Part shown: piece by piece, positions 20,578-29,131 of the stretch
Numbering within the stretch: position 1 is the first letter of the stretch
How the letters are laid out: each line of letters opens with the position of its first letter
From: an uncultured Burkholderiales bacterium
Lineage (GTDB): Bacteria > Bacteroidota > Bacteroidia > UBA8524
DNA: 64,000 bases
Direction of reading: 5' to 3'
Assembly (NCBI GenBank): GCA_964620355.1
Contig: CAZUIT010000001.1
Coordinates: forward strand, 57,563 to 121,562
Translations under genes and position numbers: made by a program
Notes under the pieces: model-generated
Told to the model about the DNA's origin: nothing
What the model saw: the letters and a program-made list of their open reading frames with translations, nothing else
The model's database searches: none

Positions 20578-21520
20578 GACAGAAAATCAAGAGCCACAAG
20601 CCTTCGAAGAAATTGAAAAACCACGGATTTGGTATGTGCTTCAATTTATTTCCTTGATTCTAATGGCACTAATAGGAGGCGCATTATTTGCGGCATTGGC
20701 CATACGCACATGCTCCTTATTCTTTGGTGTAGACGGCATGGAAGCATTGACTGTTGGTACCGATTTTAGCAACCGTTCCATTCTATACGCACACCGCTAT
20801 ATACAAGTACTGTCCTCTATAGGAACTTTTGCCTTTGCTTCTGTTGCCCAATTGGCATTTATGCGTGTTCATATTCTTAGCGGTACTGGAGTTCGCATTA
20901 AAATTAACCCCATCATGGCTGGGCTGAGTATTCTGCTGGTTTTTACCCTGCAGCCTGCTATTTCTTTCATCGCCAATTGGTGTTTGGGATGGACCTTTCC
21001 TCCAGAAATGGCTGAAATTGAAACCCAATTGCGCCAATTGCACGAAACTGCGGTAAATACACAATTTGCCTTTTTAAAAGACCAAGGCCCGCTCGACTTG
21101 GCCTTCAATCTATTTATGATGGCCGCTTTGCCTGCATTTTGTGAGGAGCTATTTTTTCGTCGGGTTGGCCTTCGCATCTTGTATGATATCACTGGGAATC
21201 CGCACGTCTCCATTGCCATTTCGGCATTGCTATTTGCTATGGTTCATGGTCAGTTTTTCTATCTAATACCCTTGTTTATCTTTGGAATGGTACTAGGTTA
21301 TCTAGCCCTTTGGAGCCGCAGTTTATGGCTACCCGTATTGGCCCATTTCACAAATAATGCATTTGCTCTCATAGCAACATACTTTGCTGGAGACGAGGTG
21401 ACGTCAAGTACAGAGCCCGATTTCGGACAACCGGTTATCAGTTTTGTGGTTTCCATCTTGCTTAGCGCTGCAATCCTGCTACTTTTGAAAAGAAGAGAAG
21501 CAAACACGGATGGAGGATAA
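20576..21520 (+). CDS. CPBP family intramembrane metalloprotease (CAAX protease / Abi)
   Basis: It has the EELFFRR and FAMVHG motifs with multiple TM helices. I chose ATG 20576 because the longer ORF (from 20333) runs antisense through dus; the two start codons overlap as CATG. Confidence 0.7.
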   Translation: MTENQEPQAFEEIEKPRIWYVLQFISLILMALIGGALFAALAIRTCSLFFGVDGMEALTVGTDFSNRSILYAHRYIQVLSSIGTFAFASVAQLAFMRVHILSGTGVRIKINPIMAGLSILLVFTLQPAISFIANWCLGWTFPPEMAEIETQLRQLHETAVNTQFAFLKDQGPLDLAFNLFMMAALPAFCEELFFRRVGLRILYDITGNPHVSIAISALLFAMVHGQFFYLIPLFIFGMVLGYLALWSRSLWLPVLAHFTNNAFALIATYFAGDEVTSSTEPDFGQPVISFVVSILLSAAILLLLKRREANTDGG

Positions 21521-21719
21521 TTGGATCTTATTAAATACCTACCAAAACCCAAACGAGGCAAGCCTTTATCAGGCCATGCTGGAAGAAAATGGGATTAAGG
21601 TAGTTTCAATCAACAAGCGTGACTCAGCTTACGGACTCTTTGGACTCGTGGAACTGTATTGTCACTTAGATCAGGCACATCAAGCCGTAGACCTTTTAGA
21701 AAAAGAAGACCATGAATAA
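21510..21719 (+). CDS. DUF2007 family small protein (putative signal-transducing protein)
   Basis: The 69-aa product has the MEDNWILLNTYQNPNEASLYQAMLEENGI pattern typical of DUF2007. It overlaps both neighbouring genes. Confidence 0.5.
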   Translation: MEDNWILLNTYQNPNEASLYQAMLEENGIKVVSINKRDSAYGLFGLVELYCHLDQAHQAVDLLEKEDHE

Positions 21720-22527
21720 TTTTTGGACAAGAACCTTGTCTGGGGCTGTATACGTCGGCCTCGTAATCGCCTCCTTACTTTTAGGGCTAACGTATTTTAT
21801 TCCATTATTTGCTCTGATCACGGCCGTTTGTTTGTGGGAGTTTCTGAATGCAGAATTGGAGCAAGGGCATCCAGCCAAAATGCTGGGTGTAATCGGAGGA
21901 ACCATGCTGTATATCATTGCTGCTTATGGCTTGCTTGGTGAAAGATCCCTCTTCTGGTACTTGCCCTTTTTGCTTTCCTTGCCTTTTGTGGTTCTGATCT
22001 TAGGCCTTTTCCAACCCAAGGCTGCCAATTTTCAAGCAGCGGCAACTTTGCTTTTGGCCCTATTCTATATTGTTCTGCCATTCATATTGCTCACTTCCAC
22101 ACAGCTTTACTTGGTTCATGGAGCAGGGTTATCCCCTTTATTAGGCGTGTTTATCCTTTTCTGGACCAATGATACAGGCGCATATTTGGCGGGAAGAAGC
22201 TTAGGGAAGCGCCCGCTTTTTCCGGAGGTTTCTCCCAAAAAAACCTGGGAAGGCCTAATAGGAGGAGTGATCTTATGCCTTATTGCGGCTTATATCCTAT
22301 CTCTCTACGCCTTAAGCTTTTCGCTCCTTGAATGGATGATTATCGGTAGCCTAGTAGCCCTATTCGGCACCCTTGGTGACTTGATTGAATCCATGTGGAA
22401 ACGCCGAATAGGCATTAAAGATTCAGGGAAAATAATGCCTGGCCATGGCGGACTATTGGACCGTTTCGACGGATTTTTAATTGCCTTGCCAGCCATTCAT
22501 TTATATCTATTCATAGTTAAGTTTTAA
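21712..22527 (+). CDS. cdsA: phosphatidate cytidylyltransferase
   Basis: The product is polytopic. It has the C-terminal KTWEG...GHGGLLDRFDG CdsA signature. Confidence 0.85.
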   Translation: MNNFWTRTLSGAVYVGLVIASLLLGLTYFIPLFALITAVCLWEFLNAELEQGHPAKMLGVIGGTMLYIIAAYGLLGERSLFWYLPFLLSLPFVVLILGLFQPKAANFQAAATLLLALFYIVLPFILLTSTQLYLVHGAGLSPLLGVFILFWTNDTGAYLAGRSLGKRPLFPEVSPKKTWEGLIGGVILCLIAAYILSLYALSFSLLEWMIIGSLVALFGTLGDLIESMWKRRIGIKDSGKIMPGHGGLLDRFDGFLIALPAIHLYLFIVKF

Positions 22528-22575
22528 ATATTTTAAACCTGCCTTGAAGTCCCTTGCTAAATGCACGAATAAAAA

Positions 22576-22583
22576 TAACTTTG
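22576..22583 (+). promoter_or_regulatory. candidate Bacteroidetes sigma-A -7 box (TAACTTTG) upstream of gdhA
   Basis: It matches the TAnnTTTG consensus 24 nt upstream of ATG 22608. A TTG lies about 20 bp further upstream. Confidence 0.3.
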
Positions 22584-22607
22584 CAGGCAGTTTGTTAAGC
22601 TATCATT

Positions 22608-23879
22608 ATGAGTTACAAAGAACCTGCTCCTATTAAAAACCAGGAGAATCCTTTTGAATCGATGATGTCCCGGTTCGATGAGGCTGCTAGAATTTTAGGA
22701 CTGGATAAAAACAGTTACAATGTGCTTAAATCGCCGGCGAAAGCGGTGATTGTTAACCTTCCAGTAATAATGGATGATGGCACGGTACAGGTTTTTGAAG
22801 GTTACCGCGTAGTACATTCACAAGCAATGGGTCCTTCAAAAGGAGGTATTCGTTACTCGATGGATGTGCATTTAGATGAAGTCAAAGCGCTTGCTGCTTG
22901 GATGACATGGAAATGTGCTGTTGTAGGTATCCCTTACGGCGGTGGAAAAGGAGGAATCAAATGTGATCCCCGCAAAATGTCGAAAGGCGAATTGGAACGT
23001 TTGACCCGTGCGTATACTGGTGCTCTCCGTGACGTATTCGGACCTGAAAAAGACATTCCGGCTCCTGATATGAACACCGGTCCACAAGAAATGGCTTGGC
23101 TCATGGATGAGTACTCTAAAATTCAAGGAGAATATACCCCAGCTGTAGCCACAGGCAAACCTTTGGTTCTTGGCGGGTCTTCTGGTAGGGTTGAAGCAAC
23201 AGGACGCGGTGTGATGGTGTCTGCACGCGCTGCTATGGGCAAATTGGGAATCAACCCAAGCGAGGCTACCTGTGCTGTACAAGGATTTGGAAATGTAGGG
23301 TCAATCTCTGCAAAACTTATTCAATTGCAAGGTTTAAAAATCGTTGCAATATCTGATGTTTCTGGTGGGTATTATGATCCAAAGGGAATTGATATTGAAG
23401 GAGCAATTGCCTACCGCAACAATAATGGCGGAACCTTGGAAGGCTTTAATGCCGAAAAAATTACCAACGAAGAAATTCTTGAACTAGATGTAGACGTGTT
23501 GGTTCCTGCAGCTATGGAGGACCAAATCACCAAGCATAATGCGGCGAATATCAAAGCAAAATTGATCGTAGAAGGAGCTAACGGACCAACATCCGCCAGC
23601 GCCGATTTGATTTTGAATGAAAAAAATATCATGGTGGTTCCAGACATCTTAGCAAATGCCGGTGGAGTTACTGTATCCTATTTCGAGTGGGTTCAAAACC
23701 GCTTAGGCTACTATTGGACTGAGGAACGGGTTCATCGTAGAGCCGACAGAACCATGAAACAAGCATTTGAAGAAGTATATGCTGCTTCTCAAAAACATGG
23801 AACAAGCTTACGTATTGCCGCATACATTGTAGCAATCGATAAAGTTGCCAAAGCACTGGCATTTAGAGGCGTATTTTAA
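22608..23879 (+). CDS. gdhA: glutamate dehydrogenase (Glu/Leu/Phe/Val dehydrogenase family)
   Basis: It has the GPSKGGIRY and GGGKGG catalytic-lysine region. A C-terminal Rossmann motif GFGNVG is present. Confidence 0.85.
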   Translation: MSYKEPAPIKNQENPFESMMSRFDEAARILGLDKNSYNVLKSPAKAVIVNLPVIMDDGTVQVFEGYRVVHSQAMGPSKGGIRYSMDVHLDEVKALAAWMTWKCAVVGIPYGGGKGGIKCDPRKMSKGELERLTRAYTGALRDVFGPEKDIPAPDMNTGPQEMAWLMDEYSKIQGEYTPAVATGKPLVLGGSSGRVEATGRGVMVSARAAMGKLGINPSEATCAVQGFGNVGSISAKLIQLQGLKIVAISDVSGGYYDPKGIDIEGAIAYRNNNGGTLEGFNAEKITNEEILELDVDVLVPAAMEDQITKHNAANIKAKLIVEGANGPTSASADLILNEKNIMVVPDILANAGGVTVSYFEWVQNRLGYYWTEERVHRRADRTMKQAFEEVYAASQKHGTSLRIAAYIVAIDKVAKALAFRGVF

Positions 23880-23886
23880 TCTTTTA

Positions 23887-23914
23887 CTACGCAAAAATTT
23901 TTTATCTTGCGTAG
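23887..23914 (+). other. 8-bp inverted repeat (CTACGCAA / TTGCGTAG) with AT-rich 12-nt loop between gdhA and the LamG gene
   Basis: It is a perfect inverted repeat that directly abuts ATG 23915. It may be a terminator or operator-like hairpin. Confidence 0.3.
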
Positions 23915-24922
23915 ATGAAAGCACGTATACTATTCAAAAAGGAGCTTTTTATGGGCTCCTTTTTACTTTTATCCTTAGTTGGTAACAGTCAGCACCAATG
24001 CCTGACGGCCCATTTTCCATTCAACGGAAACGCTTCTGATTCTACCTCTTCTGGAGTGCAGACCAGCATGCAAGGAACATTTTCGTATGTTGCCAATTCT
24101 AATGGAGCACCAAACAGTGCCCTTCATTTTAATGCCACAGATAGTTATATCGACCTGAATGGTAGCCAGCCCGTAATTACGACCACAGAATTTTCAATTT
24201 CTATTTGGGCCAAAATGGATGGAGCGCCAGGAGGAAAGGATTTCAATGGGACACTTTTTGAACAACGAGATGACAATGCCACGAGTGCATCGAAATCAAT
24301 GATTGTATTGATGCCTGACGATAATAATGGAAATTGCATCTTCACCATGCGATCAAGCATTAGCGTAAACGCTGGTACCGACTTCATTTCAATTCCTCGC
24401 CAAGATTATAACGAATGGCACCATTATTTGGCAACAAAAGACGCGGATAGCCTCTATCTCTACATTGATGGTGTAAAAGCGGGGTCCGCCCCATATACCC
24501 AAACTGGAGATTTCAAGACAAGCATCGATAATGTTGGCATTGGCGTGCATCGCAACTTTGGTCAGATTAAAGGACTATTTAATGGCGATATTGACCAAGT
24601 AAAACTCTACGATTGTGCTGTAAAACCAGCTGATATTGACGACCACGATATTACGAGCTTTCGTCATATAGCATCAGCAATGAATTTTGAAGTTTTTCCA
24701 AACCCAGCTAAATCAAGCTGCCAAATTCAGTTTCCTAATCCAAATGATGAATCATTAACCCTCCGTGTTTTTGATGCTCAAGGCAAATTAATCAAAGAAG
24801 TTCCGCAGATTAAAGGCGAATCTTACGAATTTATGCGAGATGGCCTAACCAGCGGTGTATACTTTTTTAAACTAAGCTCTTTTGAGAATTCAGGCAGCTA
24901 TCAGCGCGTGGTATTCGATTAA
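23915..24922 (+). CDS. secreted LamG/concanavalin-like domain protein with T9SS C-terminal sorting domain
   Basis: It has a signal peptide and a LamG-like core (DSLYLYIDGV..). The C-terminus FEVFPNPAKSS...GVYFFKL is a T9SS CTD. Confidence 0.65.
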   Translation: MKARILFKKELFMGSFLLLSLVGNSQHQCLTAHFPFNGNASDSTSSGVQTSMQGTFSYVANSNGAPNSALHFNATDSYIDLNGSQPVITTTEFSISIWAKMDGAPGGKDFNGTLFEQRDDNATSASKSMIVLMPDDNNGNCIFTMRSSISVNAGTDFISIPRQDYNEWHHYLATKDADSLYLYIDGVKAGSAPYTQTGDFKTSIDNVGIGVHRNFGQIKGLFNGDIDQVKLYDCAVKPADIDDHDITSFRHIASAMNFEVFPNPAKSSCQIQFPNPNDESLTLRVFDAQGKLIKEVPQIKGESYEFMRDGLTSGVYFFKLSSFENSGSYQRVVFD

Positions 24923-24949
24923 GATGCCTATTTAAATCCGTACGGTTTT

Positions 24950-24976
24950 AGGAGCTTCGAAGGAGGCTCCTTTTTT
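24950..24976 (+). terminator. rho-independent terminator after the LamG gene
   Basis: An AGGAGC stem pairs with GCTCCT across a 10-nt loop and is followed by TTTTTT. Confidence 0.55.
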
Positions 24977-25024
24977 GTAAACTTTAGCTAAAATCATTTC
25001 CTCGGATTGCATTTACTTTGTACC

Positions 25025-25687
25025 ATGAAAATTCACCGCGAAGGATATCTCATATTATTAATCACCACCCTTATATGTGTTGGAATCATCTTTGGGGCCG
25101 AGGCACTTTTTCCATACAGTCAAATCATGCGTGGAATATTCGCTGGTCTTGCTTTAGTATTGTTTGTACTAGTGCTGCAATTTTTCAGAAATCCAACGCG
25201 CTATACCCAAGTGGATGAAGAGCACATCATTGCTCCCGCAGATGGAAAAGTTGTTGTGATTGAGGAAGTTGATGAGCCAGAATACTTCAAAGAAAAGCGC
25301 TTACAGGTTTCTATATTTATGAGTCCAGTCAACGTACATGTAAACCGTAACCCAATTGCTGGAATGGTGAAATTCTATCGATACCATGCCGGAAAATACC
25401 TTGCCGCTTGGCATCCAAAATCATCCACAGAAAATGAAAGGACAACCGTAGTTATTCGCGATAACAAAGGACGAGAAGTACTCTTCCGCCAAATTGCTGG
25501 AGCCATGGCGCGTCGAATTTGTTGTTATGTAGATGAAGGTGTGCGAGTTCAACAAGGAAAAGAAATGGGGTTTATCAAATTTGGTTCTCGCGTAGATCTC
25601 TACTTGCCTCTTGGTACCAAAGTAAATGTGAAGTTAGGCGATAAAACCACTTCTGGAGAAACTATCATCGCAGAATTTGCCGAATGA
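25025..25687 (+). CDS. psd: phosphatidylserine decarboxylase family protein
   Basis: It has a TM N-terminus, and the FGSRVD site resembles the Psd pro-enzyme cleavage region. It is about 220 aa, the short Psd type. ATG 25025 is preferred over the upstream in-frame start. Confidence 0.75.
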   Translation: MKIHREGYLILLITTLICVGIIFGAEALFPYSQIMRGIFAGLALVLFVLVLQFFRNPTRYTQVDEEHIIAPADGKVVVIEEVDEPEYFKEKRLQVSIFMSPVNVHVNRNPIAGMVKFYRYHAGKYLAAWHPKSSTENERTTVVIRDNKGREVLFRQIAGAMARRICCYVDEGVRVQQGKEMGFIKFGSRVDLYLPLGTKVNVKLGDKTTSGETIIAEFAE

Positions 25688-25715
25688 TATGTATATTTGA
25701 GAAAGACCTTAACCC

Positions 25716-26051
25716 ATGAAAAAGTATTTACTTACCCTTGCCTTAATCGTTGCGGGCCTCAGCATCGCTAGCGCTCAAGCAACCCCTGAAAAAAAGAAGG
25801 AAGAAAAACCAGTGGTAACTGCCCCTGCTCCTGAAGTAAAAAAAGAGGAAACAAAAAAGGAAGAACCGAAAAAAGAGGAAGCCAAAAAGGAGAAAGAAGA
25901 GAAAAAAGAATGCTGTAAAAAGGCAGGAGAAGAAGTAAAAAGCTGCTGTAAAAAAGAAGAAGGAAAAAAAACCGAATGCAAAACCTGCAGCAAAGAAAAT
26001 AAAAAGGGGTGTGGTGCTGAGCCAGCCAAGGAAGAAAAACCCAAACCCTAG
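25716..26051 (+). CDS. small lipoprotein with KE-rich repeat region and C-terminal Cys cluster
   Basis: It has a lipoprotein-type signal peptide (LSIASAQ) followed by (K/E)-rich repeats. Eight Cys lie in the last 50 aa, arranged as CC..x9..CC..x11..C..C..x9..C. A clean terminator follows it. Confidence 0.6.
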   Translation: MKKYLLTLALIVAGLSIASAQATPEKKKEEKPVVTAPAPEVKKEETKKEEPKKEEAKKEKEEKKECCKKAGEEVKSCCKKEEGKKTECKTCSKENKKGCGAEPAKEEKPKP

Positions 26052-26068
26052 TTCACCTTAATTAAATT

Positions 26069-26091
26069 ACCCACCACGAGTGGGTTTTTTT
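26069..26091 (+). terminator. rho-independent terminator
   Basis: An ACCCAC stem pairs with GTGGGT across a 5-nt loop and is followed by TTTTTTT. Confidence 0.65.
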
Positions 26092-26754
26092 ATGAAAACA
26101 CTTATTCCATTCCTACAAGACTTAAGCGCAAACAATAACCGAGACTGGTTTACGGCGAATAAAAAACGCTATGAAATTGCCAAAAAGGAGCTCAATGATT
26201 TTCTTGAGCAACTTATCAGCAGTATGGCAGAAACCAACCCAAGCTTAAAAGATTTGCGGGCCAAAGACTGCATGTTTCGCATCTTCAGAGATGTGCGTTT
26301 CTCCAAAAACAAAGACCCATACAAAACAAACATGGGTGCTGTAATTGCACCAGGAGGCCGCAAGTCGAGCAAGGGCTGCTACTACCTTCATCTTGATCCA
26401 AATGGATGTTTTTTGGCGGGTGGGATGTTCATGCCTGAACCTGATAAACTCAAGCTCATTCGCCAGGAAATAGATTATAATTTAGCCTCTTTTGAAAAAC
26501 TTATTCACGAGAAAAATTTTCAAAAACTTTTTGGGACATTAGACGATAATGGCCGGCTCAAAACGAGTCCAAAAGGCTATGAGGCAGATAATCCTGCGAT
26601 AGAATACCTTAGAAATAAAAGCTTTACGGTGTCTCATTCCTTTTCGCCGAAAGAAATCACCAAAGAGGGCTTCGAATCCTTTTGCTTAGATACCTTTGCT
26701 GCAATTCGGCCAATAAACGACTTTCTCAACCGAGCCACAGACTTGACCGACTAA
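26092..26754 (+). CDS. DUF2461 family protein (TIGR02453-like)
   Basis: The MKTLIPFLQDLSANNNRDWF N-terminus is typical of DUF2461. I chose ATG 26092 because the upstream ATG lies inside the terminator hairpin. Confidence 0.65.
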   Translation: MKTLIPFLQDLSANNNRDWFTANKKRYEIAKKELNDFLEQLISSMAETNPSLKDLRAKDCMFRIFRDVRFSKNKDPYKTNMGAVIAPGGRKSSKGCYYLHLDPNGCFLAGGMFMPEPDKLKLIRQEIDYNLASFEKLIHEKNFQKLFGTLDDNGRLKTSPKGYEADNPAIEYLRNKSFTVSHSFSPKEITKEGFESFCLDTFAAIRPINDFLNRATDLTD

Positions 26755-26800
26755 GGCATTTTAGTATATTTCCCCATTCATTTTAACAATCACTTTTTGT

Positions 26801-28522
26801 ATGGTAGACGCTACTCTTATTTCTCGCGCGAAAGCATGGCTTAGCGAAAGCTTTGATGAAAACACACGCAAAGAAGTTCAGCACCTCATTGATGAGAACG
26901 GAACTGAGTTGGTAGATGCATTTTATAAAGACCTTGAATTTGGTACGGGTGGTCTCCGCGGAATCATGGGCGCCGGCACCAATAAAATGAACATCTATAC
27001 CCTAGGAATGACTACCCAAGGCCTAGCAAACTATTTAAACCAAGTTTATTCTGGTGCGAAAAGCAAGGTTGTAATTGCCCACGATTCACGAAATAATAGC
27101 CGGTTATTCGCTGAAACAACAGCAAATGTCTTTTCAGCGAATGGCATTCATGTTTTCCTCTTTGAAAGCCTTCGCCCCACTCCAGAATTGTCTTTTGCTG
27201 TACGTGAGTTGAATGCCCAAGCAGGAATCGTGATTACCGCTTCACATAATCCCAAGGAATACAATGGATACAAAGTCTATTGGAACGATGGCGGCCAACT
27301 CGTACCGCCACACGATAAAAACACCATTGAAGAAGTGCGCAAAATCGCAGGGCCTGATCAGGTAAAATTTACTCCTGATACAAGCATCATCTATAGCCTA
27401 GGTGCGGAGATGGACGAAAAATACTGGAACCGAATTGCCCAATTGAGCCTCAACCAAGCAGGGAAAGATTCCTTGAAGATTGTTTATACTCCAATTCATG
27501 GCACCGGTATCCAAGGCGTTCCTCAGGTATTGGCAAAAATGGGATTCGCCCATGTTGATGTATTGGAGAGCCAGAAGATGCCCGATGGAAACTTTCCTAC
27601 CGTCCACTCACCTAACCCTGAAGAGGCGGCGGCATTGAACCTTGCCCTAGAACGAGCAAATGAAACCGGTGCCGACCTTGTTCTTGGAACGGACCCAGAT
27701 GCAGACCGTGTAGGAATTGCGGTACGCGGACCAAAAGGAAAACTGCACTTGATGAATGGCAATGAAACTGCCGCAATCCTCGTCCATTATATCTTATCAC
27801 AAAAGAAACATCGCCGCGAATTACATGGGAATGAATTCGTTGCTAAGACCATCGTTACCTCGGATATCATTGCAGATATTGCTAAGAACTTTGGCGTGCG
27901 TCTTTATGAATGCCTCACGGGCTTCAAATATATTGCTGAGCTAATTCGCGAAAAAGAAGGGCGTGAGAAGTATTTGGTAGGCGGTGAGGAGAGTTATGGC
28001 TACCTTATTGGCGACTTTGTTCGCGACAAAGATGCAGTGAGCTCCGCAGCCATGATTGCAGAAGCTGCAGCCTGGGCGCATAGCCAAGGAATGACACTTC
28101 TTGACTACCTCGAACAAATCCATCGCGAAACCTATGCTTACCAAGAAGCCTTGGTATCCATCACTAAAAAAGGGAAAGCAGGCGCAGAAGAAATTCAACA
28201 AATGATGGCCGATTTTCGCAGCAAACCGATACAAAGTATCAATAGCCACCCGGTAATTATTACCCGAGATTATGCAACAGGAATCGAGCATGACATGAGA
28301 AATGGCGATAAACGTCCTTTGGGCTTGCCCTCTTCAAATGTATTTCAGTTTGTATTGCACGACCAAAGCATTATCACAGCGCGGCCATCAGGCACGGAGC
28401 CGAAAATAAAGTTCTATATCAGCGTGAGGGATAAAATTATGCGAGACGATACCTACGAGGTTGACCGCGTTAAACTCATCCATAAGATTGCTGGAATAAA
28501 AAATGCACTCGGACTGAACTAA
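26801..28522 (+). CDS. phosphoglucomutase/phosphomannomutase (alpha-D-phosphohexomutase family)
   Basis: It has the active-site motif TASHNPKEYNGYK. The 573-aa length is PgcA-like. Confidence 0.85.
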   Translation: MVDATLISRAKAWLSESFDENTRKEVQHLIDENGTELVDAFYKDLEFGTGGLRGIMGAGTNKMNIYTLGMTTQGLANYLNQVYSGAKSKVVIAHDSRNNSRLFAETTANVFSANGIHVFLFESLRPTPELSFAVRELNAQAGIVITASHNPKEYNGYKVYWNDGGQLVPPHDKNTIEEVRKIAGPDQVKFTPDTSIIYSLGAEMDEKYWNRIAQLSLNQAGKDSLKIVYTPIHGTGIQGVPQVLAKMGFAHVDVLESQKMPDGNFPTVHSPNPEEAAALNLALERANETGADLVLGTDPDADRVGIAVRGPKGKLHLMNGNETAAILVHYILSQKKHRRELHGNEFVAKTIVTSDIIADIAKNFGVRLYECLTGFKYIAELIREKEGREKYLVGGEESYGYLIGDFVRDKDAVSSAAMIAEAAAWAHSQGMTLLDYLEQIHRETYAYQEALVSITKKGKAGAEEIQQMMADFRSKPIQSINSHPVIITRDYATGIEHDMRNGDKRPLGLPSSNVFQFVLHDQSIITARPSGTEPKIKFYISVRDKIMRDDTYEVDRVKLIHKIAGIKNALGLN

Positions 28523-28539
28523 GAAGCAATTATTGAATT

Positions 28540-29001
28540 TTAAGATAGAAGTTTCTGGCGCAGGTAAAATTCCAACTGCTCATTTGCTCGTTTCAACTCG
28601 TCGATAAGTCGCTCATTTTCTTTTCGAAGCATAAATACCTCATGTGCCTGGCGAATGGTCGTTTTCAAAAACTCGTTGTCCCAAGGTTTCGTTAGGTAAC
28701 GGTAAACCTCCCCTTTATTAATCGCATCCACCACCGCATTAATATCACTATAACCAGTGAGCAAAATTCGAATTGGATTTGGAGCGATTGGAATGACATT
28801 TTGTAGAAACTCAACCCCAGTCATATTCGGCATGCGCTGATCGGTTATGATAATATCAATATCTTCGTTCTTAACAATCTCTAAAGCCTCATGGCCAGAA
28901 ATTGCGGTGTGAACATTAAATTCACGTCTGAAGGCCGCTTTAAATGACAACAAATTATTTTGCTCGTCATCTACATAAAGTACATTTATTAATTGTGTCA
29001 T
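28540..29001 (-). CDS. stand-alone response regulator receiver (REC) protein
   Basis: It has LYVDDE..DIIITDQRMP..GVEF and the K of the KPW motif. It is divergent from the 29132 operon, with a 130-bp intergenic region. Confidence 0.8.
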   Translation of the reverse strand: MTQLINVLYVDDEQNNLLSFKAAFRREFNVHTAISGHEALEIVKNEDIDIIITDQRMPNMTGVEFLQNVIPIAPNPIRILLTGYSDINAVVDAINKGEVYRYLTKPWDNEFLKTTIRQAHEVFMLRKENERLIDELKRANEQLEFYLRQKLLS

Positions 29002-29131
29002 AACTTTCTCCCCTTACAAATTTAAAAATTCCTGCCTCCCAAACAATCACACTTATTCATTGAATTATTCAGCATAAGTGCATTATTTGCGGAATGTTAA
29101 TCGAATAATCACGTAAATACAAGGATTATCC

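Noticed and set aside
25013-25020. TTACTTTG as a -7 promoter box for psd
   Set aside because: It has one mismatch to TAnnTTTG. It lies only 4 nt from the ATG, which is too close for a transcription start site.
25775-26044. 89-aa ORF on the minus strand opposite the KE-rich lipoprotein gene
   Set aside because: It is a mirror-image low-complexity ORF (an S/F/L-rich translation of the complement of the Lys/Glu codons). It has no start context or signal features, so it is a compositional artefact.
27398-28291. Several 60-116-aa minus-strand ORFs inside the phosphoglucomutase gene
   Set aside because: They are antisense to a highly conserved enzyme gene and have no independent support.
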